A DNA stretch of 64,000 nt, from IMG/VR virus record IMGVR_UViG_3300023296_001674; one strand, given 5' to 3'. The DNA comes from a virus. Position 1 is the first letter of the stretch. Each line of letters starts with the position of its first letter. A program made the position numbers and the translations under genes. The notes under the pieces are model-generated. The model did no database searches. It was not told where the DNA came from and saw only the letters and a program-made list of their open reading frames with translations. Of this stretch, positions 1 to 10,386 are shown one piece after another.

Positions 1-197
1 ATCAGGTGGTTTCCCTTGGGCATGAGGTGGCGTTAATATCAACAGAATGGGGAACGGGTATAGTAGATTGTGCAGAGGCGACTAAAAGATTTGGTATTCT
101 TTATACATTGGAAACAATAATAAAAAATGCCACAAAAAATAAAATGAAATTGAAATTATTTAGGTCGGGAATGTTCCGTCTTAAATCGAATGGTTGA
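1..197 (+). CDS. C-terminal end of a gene entering the window, probably the phage DNA primase
   Basis: Open frame from the window edge; W..GIVDCAEATKRFGILYTLETI resembles primase C-termini; sits directly upstream of the helicase. Confidence 0.45.
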   Translation, partial: QVVSLGHEVALISTEWGTGIVDCAEATKRFGILYTLETIIKNATKNKMKLKLFRSGMFRLKSNG

Positions 198-208
198 GGA
201 AAATATAA

Positions 209-1714
209 ATGAGTGCAGATTTTGGATTACTAAAGCAAAAATTATTAATAGAGTACATGTTAGCAGATGAAACGGTATTTCATCGGTGTCGAAATATATT
301 AAAATCGTCGTATTTTGACCCAGAATTGGTTAATGTGGTCGAGTTATTGATTACACACACAGATGAATATAAAGCAGTTCCAACAGTTCAACAAATCAAA
401 GCAGAAACCGCAACTGAACTTGATTTAGTGCCAGAAATTCGTGAACAAGATCAAGCTTGGGCAATGGATAATATTGAAAAATTTTGTCAGCAGGGTGCTA
501 TTATTGAAGCGGTATCAAAGGCGTTTGAATATATTGAATCTGGCGAGCACGGTACCATTGAAACTATGATTCGCGAAGCGGTATTGGTTGGCTTACAGAA
601 AGACCTTGGTTTGGATTATTTCACTAATCCAAGAGAACGATTAGAACGCCTTAAACTTAAAAATCTTATTCCCACTGGTTGGCGCGATCTTGATAGAAAA
701 TTATTTGGCGGTTTGAACAGAGGTGAAATTACTATTTTTGCTGCTGGTTCTGGTGTTGGTAAAAGTTTGTTCTTACAGAATGCATGTTTAAATTGGGTCA
801 GCGGTGTTCAATATACTTGGGGTGAAGGTGATAACAATCCTAAAATTATCCCACCATTAAATGTATTGTATATTTCACTTGAATTAAGTCAAGATTTGAC
901 GTCTAAGCGCATAGATTCTATGGTTACTGGCATTAGTGCCCGAGAAATATTTGCAAAAATAGATGAAGTTGAATTAAAGGTTACTACACAAGGTAAAAAA
1001 AGTGGTAGATTTACTATCAAATATTTGTCACAAGGTTCAAACACCAATGACATTAGAGCGTTAATCAAAGAATATGAATTGGTGTATGGATGTGTGCCTG
1101 ATTGTATAGCGGTAGATTATTTGGATGAAATGGGTCCAATTGCTAGCAATGTTAAAGATGATAATTTATACATGAAAGATAAACATGTTACTGGTGATTT
1201 GCGCGACTTGGCAGTCGAGTTAGATGTTGTTTTAATCACCGCATCACAACTCAATCGATCTGCGGTTGATGAGTCTGAACAAAACCACGCGATGATTGGT
1301 GGTGGTATCAGTAAAATTCAACGCGCAGATAACGTTGTTTCTATATACCAAAGTGCGGCAATGAAAGAAGAGGGAACATTCATGTGTACTTTCTTAAAAA
1401 CCCGTTCAAGTTCTGGTGTAGGTAGTAAAATATATTTAAGTTTCAATAATGATAGTATGAAAATATCCGATCAAGATGAAAATTATAATGCAGGTGGTGA
1501 TACAACATCCATTGATGGTACAGGTCTTAGAAATAGCACTACAATGACAAACAATGATTTGATAAAATCAATAAAATCGGGCGCATCTAAGCCAGCGCCC
1601 ACACCTTCTGCTCCTGTTCATGATCCAGAAACTGGTGAAATAAGTGAAACCGGCGAGATTAAAGAAAGTATGATGGAGCGATTAACAAGAATGAAGAAGG
1701 ATGGCTTGTTGTAA
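209..1714 (+). CDS. Replicative DnaB-like helicase (T4 gp41-like)
   Basis: Walker A AAGSGVGKS, YISLE, Walker B IAVDYLD, TASQLNR, KTRSS arginine finger. Confidence 0.93.
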   Translation: MSADFGLLKQKLLIEYMLADETVFHRCRNILKSSYFDPELVNVVELLITHTDEYKAVPTVQQIKAETATELDLVPEIREQDQAWAMDNIEKFCQQGAIIEAVSKAFEYIESGEHGTIETMIREAVLVGLQKDLGLDYFTNPRERLERLKLKNLIPTGWRDLDRKLFGGLNRGEITIFAAGSGVGKSLFLQNACLNWVSGVQYTWGEGDNNPKIIPPLNVLYISLELSQDLTSKRIDSMVTGISAREIFAKIDEVELKVTTQGKKSGRFTIKYLSQGSNTNDIRALIKEYELVYGCVPDCIAVDYLDEMGPIASNVKDDNLYMKDKHVTGDLRDLAVELDVVLITASQLNRSAVDESEQNHAMIGGGISKIQRADNVVSIYQSAAMKEEGTFMCTFLKTRSSSGVGSKIYLSFNNDSMKISDQDENYNAGGDTTSIDGTGLRNSTTMTNNDLIKSIKSGASKPAPTPSAPVHDPETGEISETGEIKESMMERLTRMKKDGLL

Positions 1715-1716
1715 GT

Positions 1717-1730
1717 GTGATAAATAACCT
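1717..1730 (+). promoter_or_regulatory. T4-like late promoter (GATAAATA / TATAAATA family)
   Basis: TAAATA-type motifs recur just upstream of structural genes (near 1719, 6832, 9589, 14239, 18121, 20390, 35881). Confidence 0.55.
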
Positions 1731-1785
1731 AGAAGTATAATAAATACTTAATATTATATAAATTGCGCAGGTATGGATATTACAT

Positions 1786-2046
1786 ATGATTAAAAAAACT
1801 AAGAGCCTCCTTGATGAACTTGACGAAATCGTTCCAACCAAGGACAAGCATATTGTTGTAGAAGCACGTGCACAACATTTTATTGCCAGTGGAATCAATC
1901 TATTAGAAATGATTGAAGAGCATTTTACTCCTGAAGAGGCTGATGAATTATCTCGTCGCCTCTTTAATTCATTAAAAGGTAGAAGCCCCGCAAAATTCCA
2001 ACGCAAAATGCAACAAATTCAGGAAAACAATAGTAACAATGAATAA
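1786..2046 (+). CDS. Hypothetical late protein
   Basis: ORF behind a late promoter motif. Confidence 0.7.
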   Translation: MIKKTKSLLDELDEIVPTKDKHIVVEARAQHFIASGINLLEMIEEHFTPEEADELSRRLFNSLKGRSPAKFQRKMQQIQENNSNNE

Positions 2047-2593
2047 AGTTGACGATATGCGCAAATTGATGGAAACTATATCTCATGGTGAACAAGATGA
2101 CATCAATGAGGCCGGTGGAGTTATTGACAAAACTTTAGCGAAATTTGGAAACAAACGCGCTAAAGGTAAAGTTGATGTCAACAATGAAAAAAACAGCATA
2201 GAAGATGGTTGGAAAGAATTCGCAGGAGCGCAAGATTTCGATAATAAGAATGTTGAAGGATTTAAAGATTTCCTACAATTTTGGAATTTTAATGGCCCTG
2301 AAATAGATTCTATTGTTACAGAACCATTCAATATTAAACAATCATTGAAAAATGCTGCAAAAATTCAACACAAATCAGGCAAGGGTGTAACGGGTGAACG
2401 TGATGGTCGACCAGCGCCGACACCAAGTAACGATGATTATAAATCAATTATTAAATTTTATACAAATGATTTAAAAGGAAATGTTGCATCTTTAGAATTG
2501 GAAATGGCTGCAATTAAAAATCCGAAATTGATAAGTGGTGATCCACTTGCATCATTGGGTTATGCATTCATGAAAGCCAACGGCAAAGGATAA
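2039..2593 (+). CDS. Hypothetical head-associated protein
   Basis: DMRKLMET N-terminus and INE candidate processing site; C-terminal LASLGYAF resembles the LQKLGIAI end of the next gene. Confidence 0.55.
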   Translation: MNKVDDMRKLMETISHGEQDDINEAGGVIDKTLAKFGNKRAKGKVDVNNEKNSIEDGWKEFAGAQDFDNKNVEGFKDFLQFWNFNGPEIDSIVTEPFNIKQSLKNAAKIQHKSGKGVTGERDGRPAPTPSNDDYKSIIKFYTNDLKGNVASLELEMAAIKNPKLISGDPLASLGYAFMKANGKG

Positions 2594-2596
2594 CAT

Positions 2597-3790
2597 ATGC
2601 ATAGCAACATACGAGATTTTATATCAGTTATCGACGATAATATGAATACCCCCGATAATATAATATTATTGGAGAGTGATTTTGTTAATCCATCTACAGA
2701 ACTTACAGACGATCAAATAAAGCAAATATTTGTCATCATAAGCCAAGCGGCAGCTTATAAAAAACTCCGTGGCAACCTTAAAGGTTATAAACCTTCTTTA
2801 AAAACCAATAAAGTAACAAACGAAGAGTTAATAAACGAACTCGATCCATTTGGTGGAATGGCAAAAGCGACAGATGCACTCATGGCAAAATTTGGATCGA
2901 AAGGTGCAAAGATGGCTCAAGTGGCAAAAGAAACTGCACTAGGGTTATGGAAAAAATGGGAAAAAGATTCAATTAAAGGTGGAATGGTCCCATCTGTTGA
3001 ATCTGTTGCTAGATGGGTAAATGATGAAGAATTTGATGCAGATTTGATAGATGCTGCATTTAGAGGGGTTGGTGTTCCTAATGTAAAAAATTCATTGAGA
3101 AATATAAGCACGGTTGATAGATTGCCATTAACACAATGGATGGATGAAAATAATATAAAACCTGGTGCTTTAAATGGAATTGTATTAAAAGATTATTTGT
3201 CTGATATTGATGTACAAGATCGCGATGTTGATGCGATATTGGATGGCATTGGATTAAAAAATACTGGCACTGTGATATCGCGAGTTCAATTGAAAAAATT
3301 GGAAAAAGCATTAGATGCATACATACCATCTGAAGAACCCGAAGGCGAAGTTGCCACTGATGTTGACGTTGATGCTAATACTAGCACCAATACCAATTCT
3401 GGAACGCCATTAGATGGTGGATGGCTTGCTCGCGACGTATATTCTTATATTATTAAAAATTATAATGTAGACGATAAAGATGATTTGGCTAATGAATTCA
3501 AAGCAGCCAAGGTTAAGAATGTAGATGACGAAATGAGTGATGATCAAGTAAGAAAGGTGTTAAATTCTGTAAAAGATGATGAAAAAAATATGTTTTCCGT
3601 GGCTGATGATGCATCGAAATCTTCTGATGAAATAATGAAAACAACACAAGAAATAGTTAAAGATATGGGAAGCAGTATAAAAAAAGCAACATCTGTGGGT
3701 AAAGAATTTGTAAAATCTGGTGATATATCATCGACTAGTGAACTTCAGAAACTTGGTATTGCTATATTAACTGCACGAAAGAAAATATAA
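2597..3790 (+). CDS. Hypothetical head-associated protein
   Basis: Long ORF in the late block; LLES candidate processing site. Confidence 0.55.
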   Translation: MHSNIRDFISVIDDNMNTPDNIILLESDFVNPSTELTDDQIKQIFVIISQAAAYKKLRGNLKGYKPSLKTNKVTNEELINELDPFGGMAKATDALMAKFGSKGAKMAQVAKETALGLWKKWEKDSIKGGMVPSVESVARWVNDEEFDADLIDAAFRGVGVPNVKNSLRNISTVDRLPLTQWMDENNIKPGALNGIVLKDYLSDIDVQDRDVDAILDGIGLKNTGTVISRVQLKKLEKALDAYIPSEEPEGEVATDVDVDANTSTNTNSGTPLDGGWLARDVYSYIIKNYNVDDKDDLANEFKAAKVKNVDDEMSDDQVRKVLNSVKDDEKNMFSVADDASKSSDEIMKTTQEIVKDMGSSIKKATSVGKEFVKSGDISSTSELQKLGIAILTARKKI

Positions 3791-3799
3791 GGTATAAAA

Positions 3800-5134
3800 A
3801 TGAGCATTAAAAAATTCAATGAAGAAACTACATCTATAGCCGGTTCTGATATTGAACCAACATTGCGATATTTATCACCTATTGTTGGTATTGCGTATGA
3901 ATCTGTGTTAGATAAATCTGGAAAAATAGTAAAACGTGGATTAGAAGATTGCACATTGGGCACCTCTTCAAAATCTGGAACTGGCGCTTTCGGTAAGCAC
4001 GGAACTGTTGGTGATATTGATATAGTTATCGATGAATCGTCACATGATACTAATAGTTTTGTTTCACGATTAGTCAATAAGTTAGGACCAGATAAAATAG
4101 GAAAACCTGTTAATGGTGGTATAACTATACCAACGAAAGTTAATGTTGGCGGCGCTGAAGGAGCAAATTTGGTCGAGGTTGATTTTATAATCGGTGATCC
4201 TGAATTATTAACCTTTACGCATCACTCACCAGACCCAACGAGTTTAAGTGAATATAATGGTATCGCTCGCAATGAAATGATGCGTGCTGTATTACAAGAT
4301 TCACGCCGCCAAGTGCGCGATCCTGAAACAAAAGAGATTATGGCATTGGTTGGACCTGCATATTTTCTTGATAAAGGATTTGTTCAAGAATGGCGTCACT
4401 TTCCAATGAAAGGTGATGGTAGCGGACGTCAAAGTATTAATAAACCAATAAGTAAAAGTGAATTCACTGAAACATACCCTGATCACACTGGAAATGAAAA
4501 ACCATTGATGCTTTCGAAGCCTCGTGAAATGATGGATTATATGTTCCCTAATGCAAACACCAAAATTGAAGAATATGATTGTTTTGAAACTATAAGAGAT
4601 TTAGTTATAGAACATAAGCCAAAAAATGCTGAATCTATATTCAATTTATTTGCACAAAGTATGCATCGTAAAGGACAGCCAGTGCCGCAGGGTTTGGTCG
4701 TAGAATGTCGTCAAATGGTTGAAAAATCTAACGTTCTTACTGAAGTTCGTGATATAAGCCTTAATCGTGTGATGGAATCTGTTGTAAGACGTGGAAAATT
4801 TGAAGATTTTAGAAAATCTTGCTTGAATACATTAACAGATAATCGAAAACTTGATCATTTTACAAAACCTAAAGCAACTGCTGATAATATGCCACTAGAA
4901 GGATTGACATATCTTATTAATAAGTGCGGCATGATGAATGAGTGGAATGATTTGAACAAAAATGATTATGGAACCAATTATCATCACAAAGTTTCTGATT
5001 TTGGTGCATTTTATGAAGATTTATGCGAACTTATCGGCGAAGATAACTTTATGTTCGTTGCAGAACATTATGGATTAAAGATAAATTCTGATTCTTTTAT
5101 CAATAGTTTAATCGAAATGGAATATGATGGCTAA
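3800..5134 (+). CDS. Pol-beta-fold nucleotidyltransferase-like protein (paralog of 44866..45765)
   Basis: GK..TVGDIDIV, VEVDFIIG and FTHHSP..SEY.G motifs shared with the 44866 ORF. Confidence 0.6.
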   Translation: MSIKKFNEETTSIAGSDIEPTLRYLSPIVGIAYESVLDKSGKIVKRGLEDCTLGTSSKSGTGAFGKHGTVGDIDIVIDESSHDTNSFVSRLVNKLGPDKIGKPVNGGITIPTKVNVGGAEGANLVEVDFIIGDPELLTFTHHSPDPTSLSEYNGIARNEMMRAVLQDSRRQVRDPETKEIMALVGPAYFLDKGFVQEWRHFPMKGDGSGRQSINKPISKSEFTETYPDHTGNEKPLMLSKPREMMDYMFPNANTKIEEYDCFETIRDLVIEHKPKNAESIFNLFAQSMHRKGQPVPQGLVVECRQMVEKSNVLTEVRDISLNRVMESVVRRGKFEDFRKSCLNTLTDNRKLDHFTKPKATADNMPLEGLTYLINKCGMMNEWNDLNKNDYGTNYHHKVSDFGAFYEDLCELIGEDNFMFVAEHYGLKINSDSFINSLIEMEYDG

Positions 5135-6062
5135 ACAAAATATTTTAACTACTGAAAAATATATTAAAAATGTGATTTCTCGACATGGTATATTATTTGA
5201 CTATTCCAAAACTGAATATATTGGGTCTAAATATAAAATCGAAGTTGGTTGCGCACAACACGGAATGTATTGGGTTGAAGCCGGAAGTCATTATAGAAAA
5301 CCAGTGTGTCCATTATGTTCAAGAGACCAGAGTAATAAAAATCAACGAATAATGAATGCGGATGAATATATTATAAAAGCGAATAAAGTCCACAATAATT
5401 ACTACAAATATCCTGATTTGAAATATAAAAACAGTCGCACTAAAATTGATATATTATGTCCAAATCACGGTATATTTAAGCAACGTACAGGAGTTCATTT
5501 ACTCGGTGATGGATGTCCAAAATGCGCAAATGAATATAGAACAAACAAGCAACGTATGTCTATCGATGAATATTTAAATAGAGCAAGGCGAATGCATGAT
5601 GATATATATGATTATTCAAATGTTGTATATACAGCACTATCCAATAAAATAGAAATAATATGCATTAAACATGGCAGTTTTTCACAAAATGCCGGGAGCC
5701 ATATTAATGGTAGCGGTTGCCCTGTGTGTGATAAAGGAAAAACGTCGTCTAAATCTGAAAAAAAATGGTTAGATAGTAAAAACATTCCAGAAATATATAG
5801 AAATTATCCAATAAAAATAAAAAATAATAGAACGTTATATGTTGATGGATATGACCCAACCACTAATACAGTTTATGAATTTTGGGGTGATTTTTGGCAC
5901 GGAAATCCTCGAATATTCAATCAATCTGACATTAATACCAGAACTAATATATCATTTGGTGAATTATATAATAATACATTAAATAAAATTAATATTCTTG
6001 TAAAAAATGGATATAAAATTATAGATATATGGGAAGATGAATGGAAAGAGACTATAATATAA
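5124..6062 (+). CDS. Free-standing homing endonuclease: repeated Zn-binding DNA-binding modules plus C-terminal PD-(D/E)XK/Vsr-like nuclease
   Basis: Three C..HG...H...GCP.C repeats; VDGYD...YEFWGDFWHG; IWEDEW. Confidence 0.8.
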   Translation: MMAKQNILTTEKYIKNVISRHGILFDYSKTEYIGSKYKIEVGCAQHGMYWVEAGSHYRKPVCPLCSRDQSNKNQRIMNADEYIIKANKVHNNYYKYPDLKYKNSRTKIDILCPNHGIFKQRTGVHLLGDGCPKCANEYRTNKQRMSIDEYLNRARRMHDDIYDYSNVVYTALSNKIEIICIKHGSFSQNAGSHINGSGCPVCDKGKTSSKSEKKWLDSKNIPEIYRNYPIKIKNNRTLYVDGYDPTTNTVYEFWGDFWHGNPRIFNQSDINTRTNISFGELYNNTLNKINILVKNGYKIIDIWEDEWKETII

Positions 6063-6817
6063 TGGATTTCATACAAAATCTTTGCGAAGGGCGGCTATTC
6101 GGTAGCGGTAAATCCAACCTTGCGCATTATAGTGCAAAACAAATAACAGAAATGTTATATTTGCAATTTTTAGGTATTCAAATATTGAAATATGAATCAG
6201 GAAGTCTGCCTGTTGCACAACGATATGTTAGAAGCACAGGAAATCTGACCAATTTTGATTATTGGCGTTCAGGAAAAAATGAATTATATTTGATGTTGCA
6301 CCTTATTGTTGGTCAATATGCTGACGAACAACGTCATATGTTGAAATATGGCAAGCGTGATGCACGATACCTTGAATTAACTAGATTGAATAAGCAAAAT
6401 CTTGTTAGATTTTTGCGCTCTGTTGCATCTGGTCATTTTGATGAAGGTTCGGATCGTAGATTTCTTATGGAACTCGAACGAGGATTGAGGATAACAGATA
6501 GCAACTTAAAAAACATCAGAAGGGTGGCTGGTCAGTGGAAAATGCAATCATTTTCGACTAAAAAAACTACATTAACTCGACTTTTACAGTTATTTCGTTC
6601 TAAAGCACGTCGTTCTGAATTATTACCATATTTAGAGTCGCTAGCAATTGCCATGAACATGGAAAACCGAAAACTTACCGCAATAAGCAACGAGCCAAAT
6701 CCTGTTGCTCAAAAAACACCAGTAAAGCCAAATATGGCATTTTTAAAGAATATGTCGGCTGGTATTGCTTCCGGTAATACTGCTGCATCTATTTTAATGC
6801 GAAAAAAGAAAGATTAA
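6062..6817 (+). CDS. Hypothetical head-associated protein (likely start MDFIQNLCE)
   Basis: ORF overlaps the endonuclease stop; LCE candidate processing site near the N-terminus. Confidence 0.6.
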   Translation: MDFIQNLCEGRLFGSGKSNLAHYSAKQITEMLYLQFLGIQILKYESGSLPVAQRYVRSTGNLTNFDYWRSGKNELYLMLHLIVGQYADEQRHMLKYGKRDARYLELTRLNKQNLVRFLRSVASGHFDEGSDRRFLMELERGLRITDSNLKNIRRVAGQWKMQSFSTKKTTLTRLLQLFRSKARRSELLPYLESLAIAMNMENRKLTAISNEPNPVAQKTPVKPNMAFLKNMSAGIASGNTAASILMRKKKD

Positions 6818-6870
6818 CTCTATTTTTTTGCGATAAATAATAAATATTAATATAAATAGAGGTATCTTTT

Positions 6871-7080
6871 ATGCGTGCGTATGAATTTATTAAAGAAAAC
6901 GCAAGTTCTGGCGGAACCTCTGCAAGTAGTGTAGCTACGGTTGTAAAACCACAAGTTACTACAGCAGAAGGTGAAACATTATTTGGTGGTGATGCAAATG
7001 ACCACCCTGCATATGGTGATTCCACTAATGTAACAGTTATTCGTAGACCAAGTCCTACTGCGGAAGCTAATAAGAAATAA
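6871..7080 (+). CDS. Small protein with MRAYEFIKE leader (capsid-targeting-like)
   Basis: GAGG RBS, late promoter near 6832, leader similar to the MRAWELYE family. Confidence 0.7.
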   Translation: MRAYEFIKENASSGGTSASSVATVVKPQVTTAEGETLFGGDANDHPAYGDSTNVTVIRRPSPTAEANKK

Positions 7081-7133
7081 CCGGACTACAACAAAGCTGG
7101 CGAGTTAGATCGCTAAAAACGAGGAAATAACAA

Positions 7134-7565
7134 ATGTCTTTAAATGGATTAGATAGAAATAAAGTTGATGGAACTGCTAACCCAGCAGAGTCTTTCAATC
7201 GTAACTTAGACTTCTTTACAGTAACAGTGACTGGTGGATTAACATTCCGTTCCGACGGTGCCGCAGGTCTTGATGATGATGGTGTACCTGTTGACGCAGA
7301 ACAGTATCTTTTTGATAAAATGATTGAATTGGTTAGCCAAAAAGCACAACCAATCGTTTTAACTGGTGGAACAACTGGTGCCACAGTATTCAATATGATC
7401 ATTGAGCACTCTGGACTATGGACAGAAGCTGGTGCAACAGACCCGAAAGCTGAATCTCTTGATACAGTTCTTCAGGATGCAATCTTAGCGCTTTCTGATG
7501 ATGCTGACAATCAATTGTTTGCAACTTTTGCAACTACTGTAGCACACACTAATACTCTTACTTAA
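7134..7565 (+). CDS. Probable abundant virion protein (head decoration-like)
   Basis: Strong GAGGA RBS, highly-expressed codon bias, Thr/Ala/Gly rich. Confidence 0.5.
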   Translation: MSLNGLDRNKVDGTANPAESFNRNLDFFTVTVTGGLTFRSDGAAGLDDDGVPVDAEQYLFDKMIELVSQKAQPIVLTGGTTGATVFNMIIEHSGLWTEAGATDPKAESLDTVLQDAILALSDDADNQLFATFATTVAHTNTLT

Positions 7566-7778
7566 GTAATAGTAGAATAAAAAAATCCTAAAGGTATTAC
7601 CTTTAGGTGAGAATATGATTTTAATGCTTTTTGGCGAAATTTAACTATTATAACCCTTGGGGAGGAATACAGATAAGAAATACATTTTAGAATATGAAAA
7701 TATTTAAGTGTCCCATTGTCTGTGTAGTTAAGTAAATCGCCAAGAATGTAATAGTTGGATCATATGACCCCAGCTTTT

Positions 7779-7817
7779 AAAAAATCCTTCAGACTTCGGT
7801 CTTGGAGGATTTTTTTT
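7779..7817 (+). terminator. Rho-independent terminator
   Basis: AAAAAATCCTT-CAGAC TTCG GTCTT-GGAGGATTTTTTTT hairpin followed by a T run. Confidence 0.8.
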
Positions 7818-7861
7818 GACTAAATATAAATAATAACCGGTTATAACAATAGGATTAACAT

Positions 7862-8275
7862 ATGCTGAATTTAAATTTTTACAAAGTTAGAACAGGATTA
7901 GACATACGTCCTATTTCACAAGAAGGTGATGCTGAATCACAGGCACGATTTGATCAAATATTGCAAACCGTGGCACAAAAATCAGAAATAGATTATATTA
8001 ATCCAAATATTTTTACAATTATTGAAAAAAGTCCTGCTGATTTGGGAGCATATAAAGGAAAACAGAAAACATTGTATGTTATGGTGTTTGGATTAGATAA
8101 AGATCGTAGTGCATGGACCGGAAGTGATTTGAAAATGACATTAGGTAATATGAGTGCTACTGTTTCATTAAAGAAGGCTAATATAGATGCTGAATTGTGG
8201 GTTGGTGGTGCAGTAAATAATATTAGTGCAGAAAAGGCTTTATTTGATTTGCGATCAGTTAAGAAAAAAATATAA
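7862..8275 (+). CDS. Hypothetical protein, weakly similar to 7134..7565
   Basis: NLNFYKV..G / NLDFFTV..G, FD.I...V.QK and WT motifs in both. Confidence 0.55.
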   Translation: MLNLNFYKVRTGLDIRPISQEGDAESQARFDQILQTVAQKSEIDYINPNIFTIIEKSPADLGAYKGKQKTLYVMVFGLDKDRSAWTGSDLKMTLGNMSATVSLKKANIDAELWVGGAVNNISAEKALFDLRSVKKKI

Positions 8276-8333
8276 TATTCAACGTGTTACATATTTTATT
8301 AGATGATGTATAATATAATAGATGGTTTTATAA

Positions 8334-9254
8334 ATGACTGAATTTATTATAAATATTATAGATAAGCGTATATTAACTGATGGTGCTATTGTGAAAGACA
8401 TACTTGATACATTAGAAATATCTCCATTTTTATTTCATTCATTGGATGAAGATGGTTTAATATTAAAGGTTAGCCAAGGATGGCTAGATGCTACTGGCTA
8501 TTCATTAGATGATGTGATAGGCAAGAAAGGTGTTGAGTTGTTGACACCGGATTCGGCATCAAAAGCAACCACTGAAACACTTCCTGTGTTATTTGAAACA
8601 GGACGAAGTGAAAATGTTTATTATCAATTAATAAAAAAAGATGGGGAATTGATGGATGTATTGATTTCGGCCATTGTATATGAAACGGATTTAGGAAAAT
8701 GCACCCTAAGTATAACTACGGATATAACAGAGCAAAAATCTGGTGAAAAAATGCTTGATCGTTATAGGGAAAATTTAGAAGATTTAGTTAAAGAGCGTAC
8801 CGAAGAATTCAATGATACATTAGAAATGTATAAAACACTGGCAAGAATATCACCCGTTGGTATTATGCGCGTTAATGAGTTTGGAGCGTGCGATTTTGTT
8901 AATAAAAAATGGTGTGATATGACTGGATTGACAAAAAAAGAATCAAGCGGGTCTGGTTGGATGTCTGCTATACATCCAACCGATATTGAACAAGTGAATG
9001 ATATATGGGAAGAAGCTGTAAAGCACCAAAAGAGTTGGACACGCGAATTTAAGTTATGTGATATAAAAGGAAATTCCATATGGGTTCAATGCTCTGGAAA
9101 TATAGTAAATAATGGGAATAATGGTCACGTAGTAACATTTACTAATGTAACAAAAGAAAAAAAGATATTGCCTGAATTATTATCACTGAATGAAATGATT
9201 AAAACTGAAACTGGTAATAATAAAGTTAGGAGAAGAAAGAATAATGGCAACTGA
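8334..9254 (+). CDS. Tandem PAS-domain sensor protein lacking an output domain
   Basis: PAS1 (W..TGYS..DVIGK ... KKDGE..DV), coiled coil LEDLVKERTEE, PAS2 (SPVGI..VN..WCDMTG..GW..AIHP.D). Confidence 0.85.
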   Translation: MTEFIINIIDKRILTDGAIVKDILDTLEISPFLFHSLDEDGLILKVSQGWLDATGYSLDDVIGKKGVELLTPDSASKATTETLPVLFETGRSENVYYQLIKKDGELMDVLISAIVYETDLGKCTLSITTDITEQKSGEKMLDRYRENLEDLVKERTEEFNDTLEMYKTLARISPVGIMRVNEFGACDFVNKKWCDMTGLTKKESSGSGWMSAIHPTDIEQVNDIWEEAVKHQKSWTREFKLCDIKGNSIWVQCSGNIVNNGNNGHVVTFTNVTKEKKILPELLSLNEMIKTETGNNKVRRRKNNGN

Positions 9255-9591
9255 TCCTATCACATGGCCTGTGGCAGTTACGATTCTTGGTGGTATAGTT
9301 GTTGTGGTATCAGCAATAGTTGGATATATGAATCAATCGTTTAGGCGTGATATGCCATGGAAAGACCCTATAGCAAAAATGAATGCTGCTGTTATTAAAA
9401 TGGAAACTCGGGTTGAGCAAGCCATTTCTAAGACAGAGGATGTGAGTACACATTTACAAGAACATGAAATGCGCAATGAAAGAGATTTTGATCGCGTTCT
9501 TGAACGTCTTGAAAAGGTTACAGACTTGATGATTGACTTAATACGTAGCGATGGATCGAATGAAACTCCACCGAGCGACAAAAAAGAATAA
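9244..9591 (+). CDS. Single-pass membrane protein with coiled coil (holin/antiholin-like)
   Basis: N-terminal TM helix WPVAVTILGGIVVVVSAIVGY followed by heptad repeats. Confidence 0.5.
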   Translation: MATDPITWPVAVTILGGIVVVVSAIVGYMNQSFRRDMPWKDPIAKMNAAVIKMETRVEQAISKTEDVSTHLQEHEMRNERDFDRVLERLEKVTDLMIDLIRSDGSNETPPSDKKE

Positions 9592-9625
9592 ATACTCAAT
9601 ATAATAACGATTTAGAGGGTGTTCC

Positions 9626-9937
9626 ATGCTTTTATCTGAACTATTCGACGATGATAATGTCGAACCTAGCCAAAAATTAAACGAAGGTGCTAAAATAGCA
9701 TGGGCGCGGGTAGGTAATAAAGTTGTAAAAAAATACCGTTGTAGTAGTGGTCCAAGACTTGGTAGAATAGTCGCCAATCCAACACAATGTAATAAACCCG
9801 TCGATTTGAAAAAACGTATGAAATTCAAGCAAACTAAATTGGCTAAAGGTTCGAGAATGTCTCGAAAAGCAGGACGTACAAAACGTCGCAATCCTGCCAG
9901 TTTACGCATTCAGCGCATGAATAAAGGAATGAAATAA
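9626..9937 (+). CDS. Small basic late protein
   Basis: MLLSELF leader, LNE site, Lys/Arg-rich C-terminus, RC.SGPR.GRIV motif. Confidence 0.65.
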   Translation: MLLSELFDDDNVEPSQKLNEGAKIAWARVGNKVVKKYRCSSGPRLGRIVANPTQCNKPVDLKKRMKFKQTKLAKGSRMSRKAGRTKRRNPASLRIQRMNKGMK

Positions 9938-10386
9938 TGAAAATAACCGAACTCATAAAAGAACGCGTAGACGTTAATAAAATAGATTGGGTTGACGATC
10001 CATCAATTGGTTGGATTTTAGAATCAAGCCCATGTAGAATTTATTATGGCGCACAACATGATGACCTTGTGAGTATCATGGAGAATGGTATATATGCATC
10101 CGATGATGGATATGTAAAATGTTCAATGGAGCCACGCACGGCGCATTTCCAAGCTACACCGTTAACTGAATCAATAGATAACGACAATCGCGTGGTATTG
10201 GTTATAGATATACCAGAAAGTTTTAGTGCTGCAAATCCGTTATATACAGATTTTGATAGAGAAAAGGATTTGTATGAAAGTTGGGGAAAATCAGATTCGG
10301 AATTTTATGCATTATATGATATAAGTGTCCCCAAGCATATACCAGTAGAATATATAAAAGGATATATGATTAAAAATGACAGCTAA
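9937..10386 (+). CDS. ADP-ribosyltransferase-like fold protein with MKITELIKE leader
   Basis: YYG....L.SI..NGI, VLVIDIP and IP.EYI align with the ART-like domain of 36490..37539. Confidence 0.45.
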   Translation: MKITELIKERVDVNKIDWVDDPSIGWILESSPCRIYYGAQHDDLVSIMENGIYASDDGYVKCSMEPRTAHFQATPLTESIDNDNRVVLVIDIPESFSAANPLYTDFDREKDLYESWGKSDSEFYALYDISVPKHIPVEYIKGYMIKNDS

